64,000 nucleotides of DNA, from assembly GCA_945889495.1 (NCBI GenBank), contig CAMDBU010000006.1:506-64505 (forward strand), written 5' to 3'. Position 1 is the first letter of the stretch. Every line of letters begins with the position of its first letter. This document shows positions 31,096-41,436 of this stretch, piece after piece. Below the pieces are notes generated by a model. It was not told where the DNA came from. It saw only the letters and a program-made list of their open reading frames with translations, and ran no database searches. Made by a program: the position numbers and the translations under genes. This stretch comes from Syntrophobacter sp. SbD2. Its GTDB lineage: Bacteria; Desulfobacterota; Binatia; UBA9968.

Positions 31096-33723
31096 ATGCG
31101 TTTGGAAAAGCTCACTACCAAGTCTCAAGAAGCGTTGCGCGATGCTCAGTCGCTCGCCGACAAGCGCAATCACCAGGCCCTCGATGTCGAACACCTGCTT
31201 TTCGCATTGTTGGGACAAAAGGATGGCGTGGTCTTGGCGCTGCTGCAAAAGCTCGCCGTGCCGCTGAGCCAACTCACCGAGCGACTGCAAAAAGCCCTCG
31301 ATCGTTTGCCCCAGGTGACCGGCGCCAGCGGCCAGAGCTATATCACGCCGCGGCTCAAGAAAGTCATCGAAAGCGCCGAGTCCGAAGCCGAAGCTTTGAA
31401 AGACGACTATGTCTCCACCGAGCATCTACTGCTTGCCATGGTGCAAGAGAGCGGCGAGGCGGGAAAAGCGCTCAAAGAACTGGGCGCCAGCCGGGATAAA
31501 ATTTTGAGCGCGCTGGTCAGCATCCGCGGTTCCCAGCGCATCACCGATCCCAATCCCGAAGAAAAATATCAATCGCTTGAAAAATACGGCCGCGATCTCA
31601 CCGATCTGGCGCGCAAGGGCAAGCTCGATCCGGTGATCGGCCGCGACGATGAAATTCGCCGGGTGATTCAAGTGCTGTCGCGCCGGACCAAGAACAATCC
31701 GGTGCTGATCGGCGAACCGGGCGTCGGCAAGACCGCCATCGTCGAAGGGCTCGCCCTGCGCATCGTCAACGGCGATGTGCCCGAAGGTTTGAAGGAGAAG
31801 AAATTAATTTCGCTCGACTTGAGCGCCCTGGTCGCCGGCGCGAAATTCCGCGGCGAGTTTGAAGATCGGCTCAAAGCAGTGTTGAAAGAAGTCACCGAGG
31901 CGAGCGGCCAGATCGTCCTGTTCATCGACGAACTCCATACTCTAGTCGGCGCCGGCGCCGCCGAGGGCGCCATGGACGCGTCCAACATGTTGAAACCGGC
32001 TCTGGCGCGCGGCGAGCTGCGCTGCGTCGGCGCGACGACTCTGGACGAATTCCGCAAACGGATCGAAAAGGATCCGGCGCTGGAGCGGCGCTTTCAGCAG
32101 GTCTACGTCGGCGAGCCTTCGGTGGAAGACACCATCGCCATTCTGCGCGGCCTGAAGGAGCGCTACGAAGTCCATCACGGCGTGCGCATCACCGATCCGG
32201 CAATCATCGGCGCGGCGACCCTGTCGCACCGCTACATCAGCGACCGATTTTTGCCCGACAAGGCGATCGACTTGATCGACGAAGCGGCGTCGCGGCTGAG
32301 AATTGAAATCGACAGCATGCCCATCGAGATCGACGAAGTTGAACGCAAGATCATGCAGCTGGAAATAGAACGCCAAGCGCTCAAGCGCGAAGAGGACAAA
32401 GCGTCGAAGGATCGCTTGGCCCTGCTCGAACAAGAAATTCACAGCCTGAAAGAAACCTCCAGCGGCCTCAAAGCCCATTGGCAAAATGAGAAAGCCGCCA
32501 TCCAACAGCTGCGCGGCATCAAGGAAAAGATCGAAGCGACCAAGGTCGAGGAACAAAAAGCCCAGCGCGAGGGCAATTTGAATAGGGCCGCCGAGCTGCG
32601 CTACGGCACCTTGACCCAATTGCAAAAAGACAGCGACACAGCCAATCGGAAATTGGCCGAACTGCAAAAGCATCAAAAGATGCTCAAGGAAGAGGTCGAC
32701 GCCGAGGACATCGCCGAAGTGGTCGCCAAGTGGACCGGCATCCCGGTATCGAGGATGCTCGAAGGCGAGGTACAAAAGCTCCTCAAGATGGAAGAGCGCT
32801 TGAAGCTTCGCGTGGTCGGCCAGGAGAGCGCCATCATCGCGGTGTCCAACGCCGTGCGCCGCGCCCGCGCCGGCTTGCAGGATGACAACCGGCCGATCGG
32901 CTCGTTTATCTTTCTCGGCCCCACCGGCGTCGGCAAGACTGAATTGTGCCGCGCCCTGGCGGAATTTCTCTTCGACGACGAGCAGGCGATGATCCGTCTC
33001 GACATGTCGGAGTACATGGAAAAGCATTCGGTGTCGCGCTTGATCGGCGCCCCGCCCGGCTATGTCGGCTACGATGAAGGCGGCCAATTGACCGAAGCGG
33101 TGCGCCGCCGGCCCTACTCCGTGGTGCTGTTCGACGAGATCGAAAAGGCCCATCCCGATGTCTTCAACGCGCTCTTGCAGTTGCTCGAAGACGGCCGCAT
33201 GACCGACGGCCAGGGGCGCACGGTGGATTTTAAGAATACCGTGATCATCATGACCTCCAATCTCGGCAGCCAATTCATCCAAGAGCATGGCGGCAAAGAC
33301 CGCCAGCGCATGGAAGAATATGTCGGCAACGCGCTACGCGAAGCCTTCAAGCCGGAATTTTTAAACCGGGTCGACGAGACCATTATCTTCGGCAGTCTCG
33401 GCCGCGACGAGATCAAGTCCATCGTCGACATTCAGTTGAAGCGGCTGCGCCACAATCTGGCCAATCGCAAAATGGCCCTGGAGATCACCGAGCCGGCCAA
33501 AGCGCTACTCGCCGACAAGGGCTACGATCCGGTCTACGGCGCGCGCCCGCTCAAGCGCACCATCCAACGATTGATTCAGGACCCGCTGGCGGTTAAGATT
33601 CTTAGCGGCGAGTTCAAGGAAGGCGACACCGTGCGCGTCGAGGTCGAAGACGATGAGTTGAGTTTCACCCATGGTCAAAGCGCGGCCAGCGGCGAAGCCT
33701 TCGAACCGAGGATGTTGCATTGA
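31096..33723 (+). CDS. clpB: ATP-dependent chaperone ClpB
   Basis: 875 aa; Clp-N repeats, two AAA+ modules (GEPGVGKT / GPTGVGKT), long middle coiled-coil domain. Confidence 0.95.
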   Translation: MRLEKLTTKSQEALRDAQSLADKRNHQALDVEHLLFALLGQKDGVVLALLQKLAVPLSQLTERLQKALDRLPQVTGASGQSYITPRLKKVIESAESEAEALKDDYVSTEHLLLAMVQESGEAGKALKELGASRDKILSALVSIRGSQRITDPNPEEKYQSLEKYGRDLTDLARKGKLDPVIGRDDEIRRVIQVLSRRTKNNPVLIGEPGVGKTAIVEGLALRIVNGDVPEGLKEKKLISLDLSALVAGAKFRGEFEDRLKAVLKEVTEASGQIVLFIDELHTLVGAGAAEGAMDASNMLKPALARGELRCVGATTLDEFRKRIEKDPALERRFQQVYVGEPSVEDTIAILRGLKERYEVHHGVRITDPAIIGAATLSHRYISDRFLPDKAIDLIDEAASRLRIEIDSMPIEIDEVERKIMQLEIERQALKREEDKASKDRLALLEQEIHSLKETSSGLKAHWQNEKAAIQQLRGIKEKIEATKVEEQKAQREGNLNRAAELRYGTLTQLQKDSDTANRKLAELQKHQKMLKEEVDAEDIAEVVAKWTGIPVSRMLEGEVQKLLKMEERLKLRVVGQESAIIAVSNAVRRARAGLQDDNRPIGSFIFLGPTGVGKTELCRALAEFLFDDEQAMIRLDMSEYMEKHSVSRLIGAPPGYVGYDEGGQLTEAVRRRPYSVVLFDEIEKAHPDVFNALLQLLEDGRMTDGQGRTVDFKNTVIIMTSNLGSQFIQEHGGKDRQRMEEYVGNALREAFKPEFLNRVDETIIFGSLGRDEIKSIVDIQLKRLRHNLANRKMALEITEPAKALLADKGYDPVYGARPLKRTIQRLIQDPLAVKILSGEFKEGDTVRVEVEDDELSFTHGQSAASGEAFEPRMLH

Positions 33724-33731
33724 AGTCAGCG

Positions 33732-33884
33732 GTGAAAAAAATCCCCATCGGCCTAGCCAAAGTGCGAAAAGAGCTGCCGCCGCCGGGTAAAATCTTGCCG
33801 AGCAAGAAAGACTTGCTGCGCAAACGGGCCAAGGCCGAACTGCAACGGCAACTCAAAGCTGCTGTGAGCAATAGCCGAAGCTAG
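33732..33884 (+). CDS. possible small basic protein (50 aa, GTG start)
   Basis: VKKIPIGLAKVRKELPPPGKILPSKKDLLRKRAKAELQRQLKAAVSNSRS; followed by strong terminator; not in ORF track (<60 aa). Confidence 0.3.
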   Translation: MKKIPIGLAKVRKELPPPGKILPSKKDLLRKRAKAELQRQLKAAVSNSRS

Positions 33885-33911
33885 TCAGCTCCTGAACAGC
33901 AGCGACCGCAA

Positions 33912-33951
33912 GAGGGGGCAGCCATATCGGCCCGCCCCCTCTTCGTTTTTG
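33912..33951 (+). terminator. rho-independent terminator: 9-bp stem AGAGGGGGC...GCCCCCTCT + TCGTTTTT
   Basis: seen directly. Confidence 0.75.
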
Positions 33952-33983
33952 GTCGTTGCGGCTGAATTGTAACATGATCTTCA

Positions 33984-34064
33984 TCCGTCATACCCGCGAA
34001 AGCGGGTATCCAGGCTAATTCGGCGCTGTACAAACCTGGATTCCCGCCTGCGCGGGAATGACGA
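33984..34064. repeat. REP doublet: two inverted copies of ~28-nt unit GTCAT(A/T)CCCGCG.A.GCGGG(T/A)ATCCAGG (the repeat type whose translation yields the spurious 'IPAFAGMT' peptide)
   Basis: seen directly; ORF 33881..34183 translates it. Confidence 0.75.
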
Positions 34065-34166
34065 ACTCGGTTAGTGCGGCGGTTGGAGATAAATCCACCA
34101 TGTTCATTGTCCGGGGACGAGCCTAAGCTCATGCGCACTTCGTAGAAAGAAACAGATTTCCAATTC

Positions 34167-35603
34167 ATGGCCGATTCAACCATTAGCGCAGAGCAGCAAC
34201 GCCATTCCCGGCTAATCCTTTATCAGGTATCGCTGGGTCTCGCCGTGGTGGCGATCAATCATCGCGCCATTCAGATCGCGTTGCCGACGCTTACCCATGT
34301 GTTTCACAGTGACTTGTCGTTCATTCAGTGGGTGTTGCTGGTCTACGATCTTTGCGTCATCGGTTTGGTGTTGACGCTGGGCCGGTTGGGCGACTTGTTC
34401 GGCCGCAAGTGGATCTATATCTCGGGGTTTTTGATCTTTTCCGCCGGCTCAGCGCTCTGCGGTTTGGCCCAATCGTCGACCCAGTTAATTCTATTCCGCG
34501 TCCTCCAGGGCATCGGCGGCGCCATGATCATGGCCAACGGCCGCGCCCTGGTGACGGTCAATTCGCCGGCGTCGGAACGCGGCAAAGCGCTCGGCTTCAC
34601 CTCCATGGCGTTTCATGTCGGCTACATCACCGGGCCGACGCTGGGCGGTTTCATCATCGACGCGGTGGGCTGGCGCTGGGTGTTTTTTCTCACCGTACCC
34701 ATCGGTCTCGCCTGCGCTTATTTCGGCTGGAAGATTTTGAAGGAACGCGCGCCAAGCGACCAACCGGTGCAACTGGACTTCGCCGGCGCCGCTTACCTCT
34801 TGCTCACCAACATCTGTTTTCTCTACGCGCTCAATCGCCTGCCCCACCGCGGCGCCCGAGACGCGCTGGTCATCACGTTTTTTATCGTTGCCGCCGTGAC
34901 CTTGTATCTGTTCATACGGACGGAACAAAAAGCGCCGACGCCGATCTTGAGTTTATCGCTGTTCAGCAATCGGCTGTTCACCGCGGCCAATCTCAGTCTG
35001 TTTTTTCTCACCTCGACGCAATCGGCGGTGAGCGTGTTAATCCCCTTCTATTTGCAAAACTTGATGGGCTTCACGCCGACCCAGATGGGCTGGATCTTGA
35101 TCGGCGGTTCGGTGGTGATCATCGTCCTGGCGCCGGTGGCCGGCCGCATGTCGGACCGCTTCGGGTCGAGAATGCTGTGCAGCGTCGGCGCGGCGATCAT
35201 GATCGTCGGCCAATATTTTATCGGCTCGCTGACTTTGCAGTCGACGATTTTCCAAATGGTCATGCCGCAAATCTTGATCGGCCTGGGCTGGGCGCTGTTC
35301 AATTCGCCTAATCAAAGCGCGATCATGGGCACGGTACCGCGCGACAAGGTCGGCGCCGCTTCGGGCATGACGCTCACCACGGCGCGCATCGGCGGCGCCA
35401 TGGGCATCGCGATCTCCGGCGCGGTGATGACCTATGCGCTCGGCGCCAACGGTCTAACCCCGGAACAGATCGAGTCGCCGGCCAGCTGGGCGGCGGCGCC
35501 GGAAATATTTTTAAAATCGTTTAGCTTCACCGCCCACTGGATCAACGCGTTTGCCATTTTCGCGGTGATTTTCGCCGCCATGCGCGGCCCACGCAAGGAT
35601 TAA
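34167..35603 (+). CDS. MFS transporter (14-TMS DHA2/EmrB-like)
   Basis: 478 aa; MFS signature GRLGDLFGRKW. Confidence 0.85.
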   Translation: MADSTISAEQQRHSRLILYQVSLGLAVVAINHRAIQIALPTLTHVFHSDLSFIQWVLLVYDLCVIGLVLTLGRLGDLFGRKWIYISGFLIFSAGSALCGLAQSSTQLILFRVLQGIGGAMIMANGRALVTVNSPASERGKALGFTSMAFHVGYITGPTLGGFIIDAVGWRWVFFLTVPIGLACAYFGWKILKERAPSDQPVQLDFAGAAYLLLTNICFLYALNRLPHRGARDALVITFFIVAAVTLYLFIRTEQKAPTPILSLSLFSNRLFTAANLSLFFLTSTQSAVSVLIPFYLQNLMGFTPTQMGWILIGGSVVIIVLAPVAGRMSDRFGSRMLCSVGAAIMIVGQYFIGSLTLQSTIFQMVMPQILIGLGWALFNSPNQSAIMGTVPRDKVGAASGMTLTTARIGGAMGIAISGAVMTYALGANGLTPEQIESPASWAAAPEIFLKSFSFTAHWINAFAIFAVIFAAMRGPRKD

Positions 35604-35614
35604 ACAGTTAAACG

Positions 35615-37060
35615 ATGAGTCAACTCAACGAAAGCGCCGCCGTCGTCCATTCCAAACGTACGGCCAATTTAATTTTGCTGAGCGTCTGCTTGGGCCAAGC
35701 TCTGGTCGGCCTCGATCAGCGCGCCATCACCGTCGCCCTGCCGACCCTGACGACCAAGTTCAACACCGCGTTCACGACCATCCAATGGACGATTCTGGTT
35801 TACGATCTGGTTCTGATCGGCTTGATCATCACCATGGGCCGCTTGGGCGATATGTTCGGCCGGCGCCGTTTTTACACTCTGGGATTTTTGATCTTCGTCA
35901 TCGCCTCGGCGGTCTGCGGCGTGACCCAAACCACCGGCCAGCTAATTTTTTTCCGCGCCGTGCAAGCCATCGGCGGTTCGATGATCGCCGCCAATGGCCG
36001 CGCCATCGTGTCGGTGAATTTGCCGGTGGAAGAACGCGGCCGCGCCTTGGGTCTCACCTCGACGGCGTTTCACATCGGTTTTCTCACCGGCCCGGCGCTC
36101 GGCGGCTTCTTGATCGACAGCTTGGGCTGGCGCTGGATTTTTTATATCAACATGCCGTTCAGCCTGGCCGGCGCCTATCTGGCGTGGAAGGTGGTTCCCG
36201 AGACCCGCATGCCTGGCAAAAGCCCGGTGGACATCGCCGGCGCGGCGCTATTGCTCCTAACCAACGGCCTGTTCATCTACGCCATCGATCAATTGCCGCG
36301 GGTGGGCTGGCGCCAGCCACATTTCTTTGTGCCCATGATGTCGGCCGCGGTGTCGCTGCTAATTCTCCTGCGCGTCGAAGGCCGTGCCAAGCTGCCGATA
36401 CTCGTGCTGTCGATGTTTCGCGCCCGGCTGTTCAGCGCCGGCATCGCCAGCCTATTTGTGCTCGCCGCCACTCTGTCGGCGATTAATTTTTTATTGCCTT
36501 TCTATTTGCAGAGCCTGTTGGGCTTCTCGGCCTCGCAGACCGGCTGGATCATCGTCGCCGACTCGGTAATCATCATGGTCATGGCGCCCATCGCCGGCGC
36601 GCTCTCCGATCGTCTCGGCTCACGGCTGCTGTGCACGCTCGGTTGCTTGGGCGTCGCCGCGGCGCAATTTTTATTAGCCTCCCTCGATCTCCACGCGTCG
36701 ATTCCACAAATTATGCTACCGCTGGTCATCTGGGGCATCGGCTGGTCGCTGTTCAACGCGCCCAACCAACGGTCGATCTTGGGCGCGGTGGCTTCGGACA
36801 AAATCGGCGCCGCCGCCGGCATGATCGCCACCACTGCGCGCACCGGCGGCGCCATGGGCGTGGCGCTGTCGGCGACGCTGTTCGGCTATCTCTTGGCCGG
36901 CGCCGGCCTGCCGGCGAGCCAAGTGAACTCGCCGTCAAGTTGGCGCGCCGCGCCGGAACTTTTCATGTCCGGCTTCTCGACAACCATCTATGCTTTGAGT
37001 TGCTTCACCCTCCTCGCGGTGATCTCGTCGGCGGTGCGCGGCACGCAACCGGAACGCTAA
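35615..37060 (+). CDS. MFS transporter, tandem paralog
   Basis: 481 aa; GRLGDMFGRRR; ~co-linear with upstream gene. Confidence 0.85.
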   Translation: MSQLNESAAVVHSKRTANLILLSVCLGQALVGLDQRAITVALPTLTTKFNTAFTTIQWTILVYDLVLIGLIITMGRLGDMFGRRRFYTLGFLIFVIASAVCGVTQTTGQLIFFRAVQAIGGSMIAANGRAIVSVNLPVEERGRALGLTSTAFHIGFLTGPALGGFLIDSLGWRWIFYINMPFSLAGAYLAWKVVPETRMPGKSPVDIAGAALLLLTNGLFIYAIDQLPRVGWRQPHFFVPMMSAAVSLLILLRVEGRAKLPILVLSMFRARLFSAGIASLFVLAATLSAINFLLPFYLQSLLGFSASQTGWIIVADSVIIMVMAPIAGALSDRLGSRLLCTLGCLGVAAAQFLLASLDLHASIPQIMLPLVIWGIGWSLFNAPNQRSILGAVASDKIGAAAGMIATTARTGGAMGVALSATLFGYLLAGAGLPASQVNSPSSWRAAPELFMSGFSTTIYALSCFTLLAVISSAVRGTQPER

Positions 37061-37139
37061 GTAAATCCCGTCAATTTCCTTGACAGCTACTGGATAGCTC
37101 GCCTACTCTCCGGCCATTAACACGGCATGGGAGGCAGAG

Positions 37140-38135
37140 ATGATCCAACGGCTCGGCAAAATTAACCTTGCGGCGGTTTTCGTGCTAGCGCTTCAACTCT
37201 TGATCGGCGCCCAAGCCGGCGCCGCCGAAGCGCCCAACCTGCGCGGCGTTTACAACGCGCTGGGTGGCAACATGTCAGTGGTCTGGGTCGCTCAGGATCT
37301 CGGCCTATTCACCAAGCATGGCTTGCAACATAGCCTGGACTATCTCGCCGCCACCACCGCCGTCCAGGCGATCGCCGCCGGCAGCCAGGACATCGGCCTG
37401 GTCGGCAACCAAGCCATCGATCTTGGCCTCGAAGGCGCCGACACGGTCTATGTCGCCGACACCGCGTCGCGTTTTCTCTTTCAGCTCTACGGCGACCCGT
37501 CGATCAAGAGCGTCGCCGATTTAAAAGGCAAAGTGGTCGCCGCCACCCAGCCCGCCGCTTCCAGCGACTACGCCCTGCGCATATTGTTGCGCAAGTACGG
37601 CTTGACGCCGGACAAGGACGTGAAAATCATTTACGCTGGCAGCAGCCCGGCGCTGTTGTCGATGATAAAGGGCGGCAACGCGGTGGCCGGATTGATGACC
37701 GCGCCAGCGATTTACGCCGCTCAAGAAGTGGGCTTGAAAGAAATCGTCAACGTCACCGAGCTCAATATTCCGTTCCTATTCGTCGGCGTCGCCACCACCC
37801 GCCGCGTCCTGCAACAGAAACCGGACGCGGTGATGCGCTATCTACGCGGCTACACCGAGGCGATCTCGGTGATCCTGCGCGATAAAGAAACCGCCATCAA
37901 AGTCATCAGCAAGTATATGAAAATGGACAACCGGCAACATCTTGAAGCGGTCTACAACGAATTTACCCCGGTGCTCCAGCGCGTGCCCTATATCAACAAG
38001 AAAGTAGTCGAAGCCGTGCTCGACGTGGTCAAAAGCCCGAAAGGCGTGCAAGCCAAGCCGGAAATTTTTTACGACAATTCCTTTTTGCAGAAACTCGACG
38101 CCAGCGGATTTATCAACGCGCTTTACGCACGCTAA
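37140..38135 (+). CDS. NMT1/THI5-like (NitT/TauT-type) ABC substrate-binding protein
   Basis: 331 aa with signal peptide. Confidence 0.75.
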   Translation: MIQRLGKINLAAVFVLALQLLIGAQAGAAEAPNLRGVYNALGGNMSVVWVAQDLGLFTKHGLQHSLDYLAATTAVQAIAAGSQDIGLVGNQAIDLGLEGADTVYVADTASRFLFQLYGDPSIKSVADLKGKVVAATQPAASSDYALRILLRKYGLTPDKDVKIIYAGSSPALLSMIKGGNAVAGLMTAPAIYAAQEVGLKEIVNVTELNIPFLFVGVATTRRVLQQKPDAVMRYLRGYTEAISVILRDKETAIKVISKYMKMDNRQHLEAVYNEFTPVLQRVPYINKKVVEAVLDVVKSPKGVQAKPEIFYDNSFLQKLDASGFINALYAR

Positions 38136-38159
38136 TCTACTTGGACCGAGGAGAAACCG

Positions 38160-39164
38160 ATGACACCATTGCGCTTTTCAACATTCCGCCATCGCCTGAT
38201 ATTGGCCTTGCTGTTGACCCTTGCGCTGTCAGGACTACGCCCGCTCCACGGTGCCGAAGCGCCGAGCATGCGCATCGTCTACAACGCGCTGGGCGGTTCC
38301 ATGGCGCCGCTTTGGTTGGGTCAAGAGCTCGGCCTGTTCGCCAAGCATGGCTTGCAGCATAGTTTGAACTACTTGGCCGCCACCACTTCGGTGCAGGCGA
38401 TCGTCGCCGGCAGCGAAGACATCGGCATGGTCGGTAACCAGTGCGTCGATGTCGCGCTGGAAGGCGCCGACACCATCTACGTCGCCGCCAACATCAACCG
38501 CTTTGTTTTTCATCTCTTCGGCGATCCGGCGATCAAGACGGTGCAAGATTTGAAGGGCAAAACCATCGCCGCCACCCAGGCCGCCGCTTCCACCGACTAT
38601 GCCAGCCGCATCGTCCTGCGTCGTTATGGCCTGGTGCCGGACAAGGACGTAAAAATTCTCTTCACCGGCAGCATGCCCGCCTTGGTAACCACGGTGAAGT
38701 CGGGCAACGCCGCCGCCGGCCTGATGTCGGCGCCGACCACGACCCAAGCGTTGGAGTTGGGCTTAAAGCCGATCCTCAACGTCACCGAACTGAACATCCC
38801 GTTTCTGTTCGTCGGCGTCTGCACCACGCGCAAAATGATCCAGCAAAAACCCGATCATATTAACCGCTTTCTGCGCGCTTACATCGAAGCCCTGGCGATC
38901 ATCCGCACCGACAAGGAAACCACCTACAAAGCCATGGGCAAGTTTTTGAAAACCGACAACCGCCAAGTCTTGGAAAGCATTTACGACGACTACGGCAGCG
39001 CCTACCAGCGCGTGCCGCTGGTGACCCGGCAAGAAGTCCAAGCGGTCCTCGACGTGGTCAAAAGTCCCAAAGGTGTCCAAGCCCGGCCGGAAGTCTTCTA
39101 CGACAACTCCTTCGTGCAAAAGATCGAAGCGTCGGGTTTCATCAACACGCTTTACGCCCGTTAA
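38160..39164 (+). CDS. NMT1/THI5-like substrate-binding protein, tandem paralog
   Basis: 334 aa; strongly similar to upstream gene. Confidence 0.75.
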   Translation: MTPLRFSTFRHRLILALLLTLALSGLRPLHGAEAPSMRIVYNALGGSMAPLWLGQELGLFAKHGLQHSLNYLAATTSVQAIVAGSEDIGMVGNQCVDVALEGADTIYVAANINRFVFHLFGDPAIKTVQDLKGKTIAATQAAASTDYASRIVLRRYGLVPDKDVKILFTGSMPALVTTVKSGNAAAGLMSAPTTTQALELGLKPILNVTELNIPFLFVGVCTTRKMIQQKPDHINRFLRAYIEALAIIRTDKETTYKAMGKFLKTDNRQVLESIYDDYGSAYQRVPLVTRQEVQAVLDVVKSPKGVQARPEVFYDNSFVQKIEASGFINTLYAR

Positions 39165-39224
39165 CTCGAATGCCAAGTATTCACCGATCCGAACCACGAA
39201 CACGATCACGAGTCACGAACACGA

Positions 39225-40355
39225 ATGTCCTGGTTCCTCCACATCGACATGGACGCCTTTTACGCGTCGGTGGAAGTCGCCCTCGATCCGAGTCTGAAGG
39301 GCAAACCGGTCATCGTCGGCGGCCGCAACGGCCGCGGCGGCCGCGGCGTGGTCACCTCGGCCTCCTACGAGGCGAGAAAGTTCGGCGTGCACTCGGCCAT
39401 GCCGGGTTTCCAAGCCAAGAAACTCTGCCCACAGGGAATCTTTCTGCCGAACCGAAGGCGAACCTATGTCGAGTTCTCCGTCAAAGTCTTCGCCATCCTC
39501 GCACAGTACTCGCCAACGATTCACAAACTCTCCATCGATGAAGCGCTCATCGATCTCACCGGCACTGAACGGCTGCTCGGCCCGCCGCTGAAAACCACCG
39601 ACGAAATTATTCGCCGCATCGAAAAAGAACTGGCACTGCCGTCATCCGGCGGTCTGTCGACCAACCGCGTGGTCGCCAAAATCGCCGCCACATTGGCGAA
39701 ACCACACGGCCTGATTTACATACCCGCCGGTTGTGAAGAAAACTTTCTCGCGCCCCAAGCGGTGGAAATGATCCCCGGGGTCGGTCCCAAGACGCACAAG
39801 ACCATGCTCCAGCGCGGCATCCAAACCATCGGCGATCTATTGGCGCAACCGGAATTGGCCGCGCGCTATCTCGATCTCGGCGCGACGACGAAGTCCGAAC
39901 AGCACCACGACCATTCCGTCGGCAACGAGACCACCTCGATCGCGCCGCTCAAGACCATCGGCGCAATGGAAGAAGTGCTGTGGGATCTGGTCGAAGAGGT
40001 CGGCGGCCGGCTGCGCCACGCAGAGCTGTTCGCCCGCTGCTTGACGCTAAAGATTCGTTACAGCAATTTTCAGACGATCACCCGCTCGCGCACGCTGCCG
40101 TCACCCACCTGCTTCGACAAAGAAATCTTCCAGGTGGTCAGCGAATTACTGCGCCAAAACGTTGCCCAGGGCCGCGCCGTGCGACTACTGGGTGTCAGCG
40201 CCAGCGCGCTGCAAGATTCCGGCTGGCAAGAACCGTTGCTCGACCGCGAGCGGCGTAACTCCTTCGAGCGGCTCTACAAAGGCATCGACAAGCTGCGCGA
40301 GAAATACGGCGCGGAAACTATCGGCGCGGCCACGCCGCGCAAGCGGTCGAGTTGA
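39225..40355 (+). CDS. dinB: DNA polymerase IV
   Basis: 376 aa; HIDMDAFYASVE, SIDEA catalytic motifs. Confidence 0.9.
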   Translation: MSWFLHIDMDAFYASVEVALDPSLKGKPVIVGGRNGRGGRGVVTSASYEARKFGVHSAMPGFQAKKLCPQGIFLPNRRRTYVEFSVKVFAILAQYSPTIHKLSIDEALIDLTGTERLLGPPLKTTDEIIRRIEKELALPSSGGLSTNRVVAKIAATLAKPHGLIYIPAGCEENFLAPQAVEMIPGVGPKTHKTMLQRGIQTIGDLLAQPELAARYLDLGATTKSEQHHDHSVGNETTSIAPLKTIGAMEEVLWDLVEEVGGRLRHAELFARCLTLKIRYSNFQTITRSRTLPSPTCFDKEIFQVVSELLRQNVAQGRAVRLLGVSASALQDSGWQEPLLDRERRNSFERLYKGIDKLREKYGAETIGAATPRKRSS

Positions 40356-40400
40356 TTTTGCCGCCAAAGCTTCATACTGTTTTTCATCCCGACCAACATT

Positions 40401-41435
40401 ATGGCAACACCGAATCACCCGTTCCTCGCCGCCTGCCGCCGCGAACCGACTTCCTTCACGCCTGTCTGGCTCATGCGCCAGGCCGGCCGTTACATGGAAG
40501 AGTATCGCAAGCTGCGCGCTCAACATGGCTTTCTCGAACTGTGCAAAAAATCCGATCTCGCCACCGAGATCACCGTCACGCCGGTGGAAAAACTCGGCGT
40601 CGACGCGGCGATCTTGTTCGCCGACATCTTGCTCATCCTCGAACCCATGGGCGTCGGCCTGGAATATTCCAAAGGCGACGGCCCGGTGCTACACCACCCG
40701 GTGCGCAGCGGCAAGGATGTCGACGGCTTGAAGGAATTCAACGTCGAGACCGAGCTCAGCTATGTCTACGAGTCGGTGAAAAAAATCCGCAAGGAATTGA
40801 AAAACAAAGTGCCGCTCATCGGTTTCGCCGGCGCGCCATTCACCCTGGCGTCTTACTTGATCGAAGGCGCCGGCTCGCGCAACTACGTTCATACCAAGCG
40901 GCTGTTCTACTCGGCGCCGGAAGCCTGGAAGCGCTTGATGGAGCGGCTCGCCAAAGTCATCGGCGAATATTTGAACTGCCAGATCGCCGCCGGCGCCCAA
41001 GCGGTGCAGATCTTCGACAGCTGGGCCGGCTGTCTGACACCCAACGACTACGAACAGTTCGTTCAACCCTACACCAAAGCGGTGATCGACGCGGTGACGC
41101 CGGGCGTGCCGGTGATCAATTTCAGCACCGGCACCACCGGCTTGTTGAAAAATATCCGCGCCGCCGGCGGCGATGTCATCGGCCTCGACTGGCGCGTCAA
41201 TCTCGACGAAGGCTGGGCCGCCGTCGGCCACGATGTCGCCGTCCAAGGCAACCTCGATCCGGTGGCGCTCTTCGCCTCGCCCAAAGAAATCAAAAGCCGT
41301 GTGGCGGAAATCTTGAAACGCGCCGCCGGCCGCCCTGGCCATATCTTCAACCTCGGTCACGGCGTCCTGCCGGAAACGCCAGTGGATCATGTCATCGCCA
41401 TGGTCGACGCCGTGCATGAGCTCAGCGCGCGGTGA
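40401..41435 (+). CDS. hemE: uroporphyrinogen decarboxylase
   Basis: 344 aa; PVWLMRQAGRY signature. Confidence 0.92.
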   Translation: MATPNHPFLAACRREPTSFTPVWLMRQAGRYMEEYRKLRAQHGFLELCKKSDLATEITVTPVEKLGVDAAILFADILLILEPMGVGLEYSKGDGPVLHHPVRSGKDVDGLKEFNVETELSYVYESVKKIRKELKNKVPLIGFAGAPFTLASYLIEGAGSRNYVHTKRLFYSAPEAWKRLMERLAKVIGEYLNCQIAAGAQAVQIFDSWAGCLTPNDYEQFVQPYTKAVIDAVTPGVPVINFSTGTTGLLKNIRAAGGDVIGLDWRVNLDEGWAAVGHDVAVQGNLDPVALFASPKEIKSRVAEILKRAAGRPGHIFNLGHGVLPETPVDHVIAMVDAVHELSAR

Positions 41436-41436
41436 G

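Noticed and set aside
33881-34183. 100-aa minus-strand ORF containing IPAFAGMTDED
   Set aside because: It is a translation of the REP doublet. That peptide is a classic repeat artefact.
34328-36486. ORFs 34328..35311(+) and 35785..36486(+) inside the MFS genes
   Set aside because: They are alternative-frame artefacts with Arg/Gly-rich nonsense translations.
40162-41419. ORFs 40162..40731(+) and 40352..41419(+) overlapping dinB and hemE
   Set aside because: They are alternative-frame artefacts of high-GC DNA.
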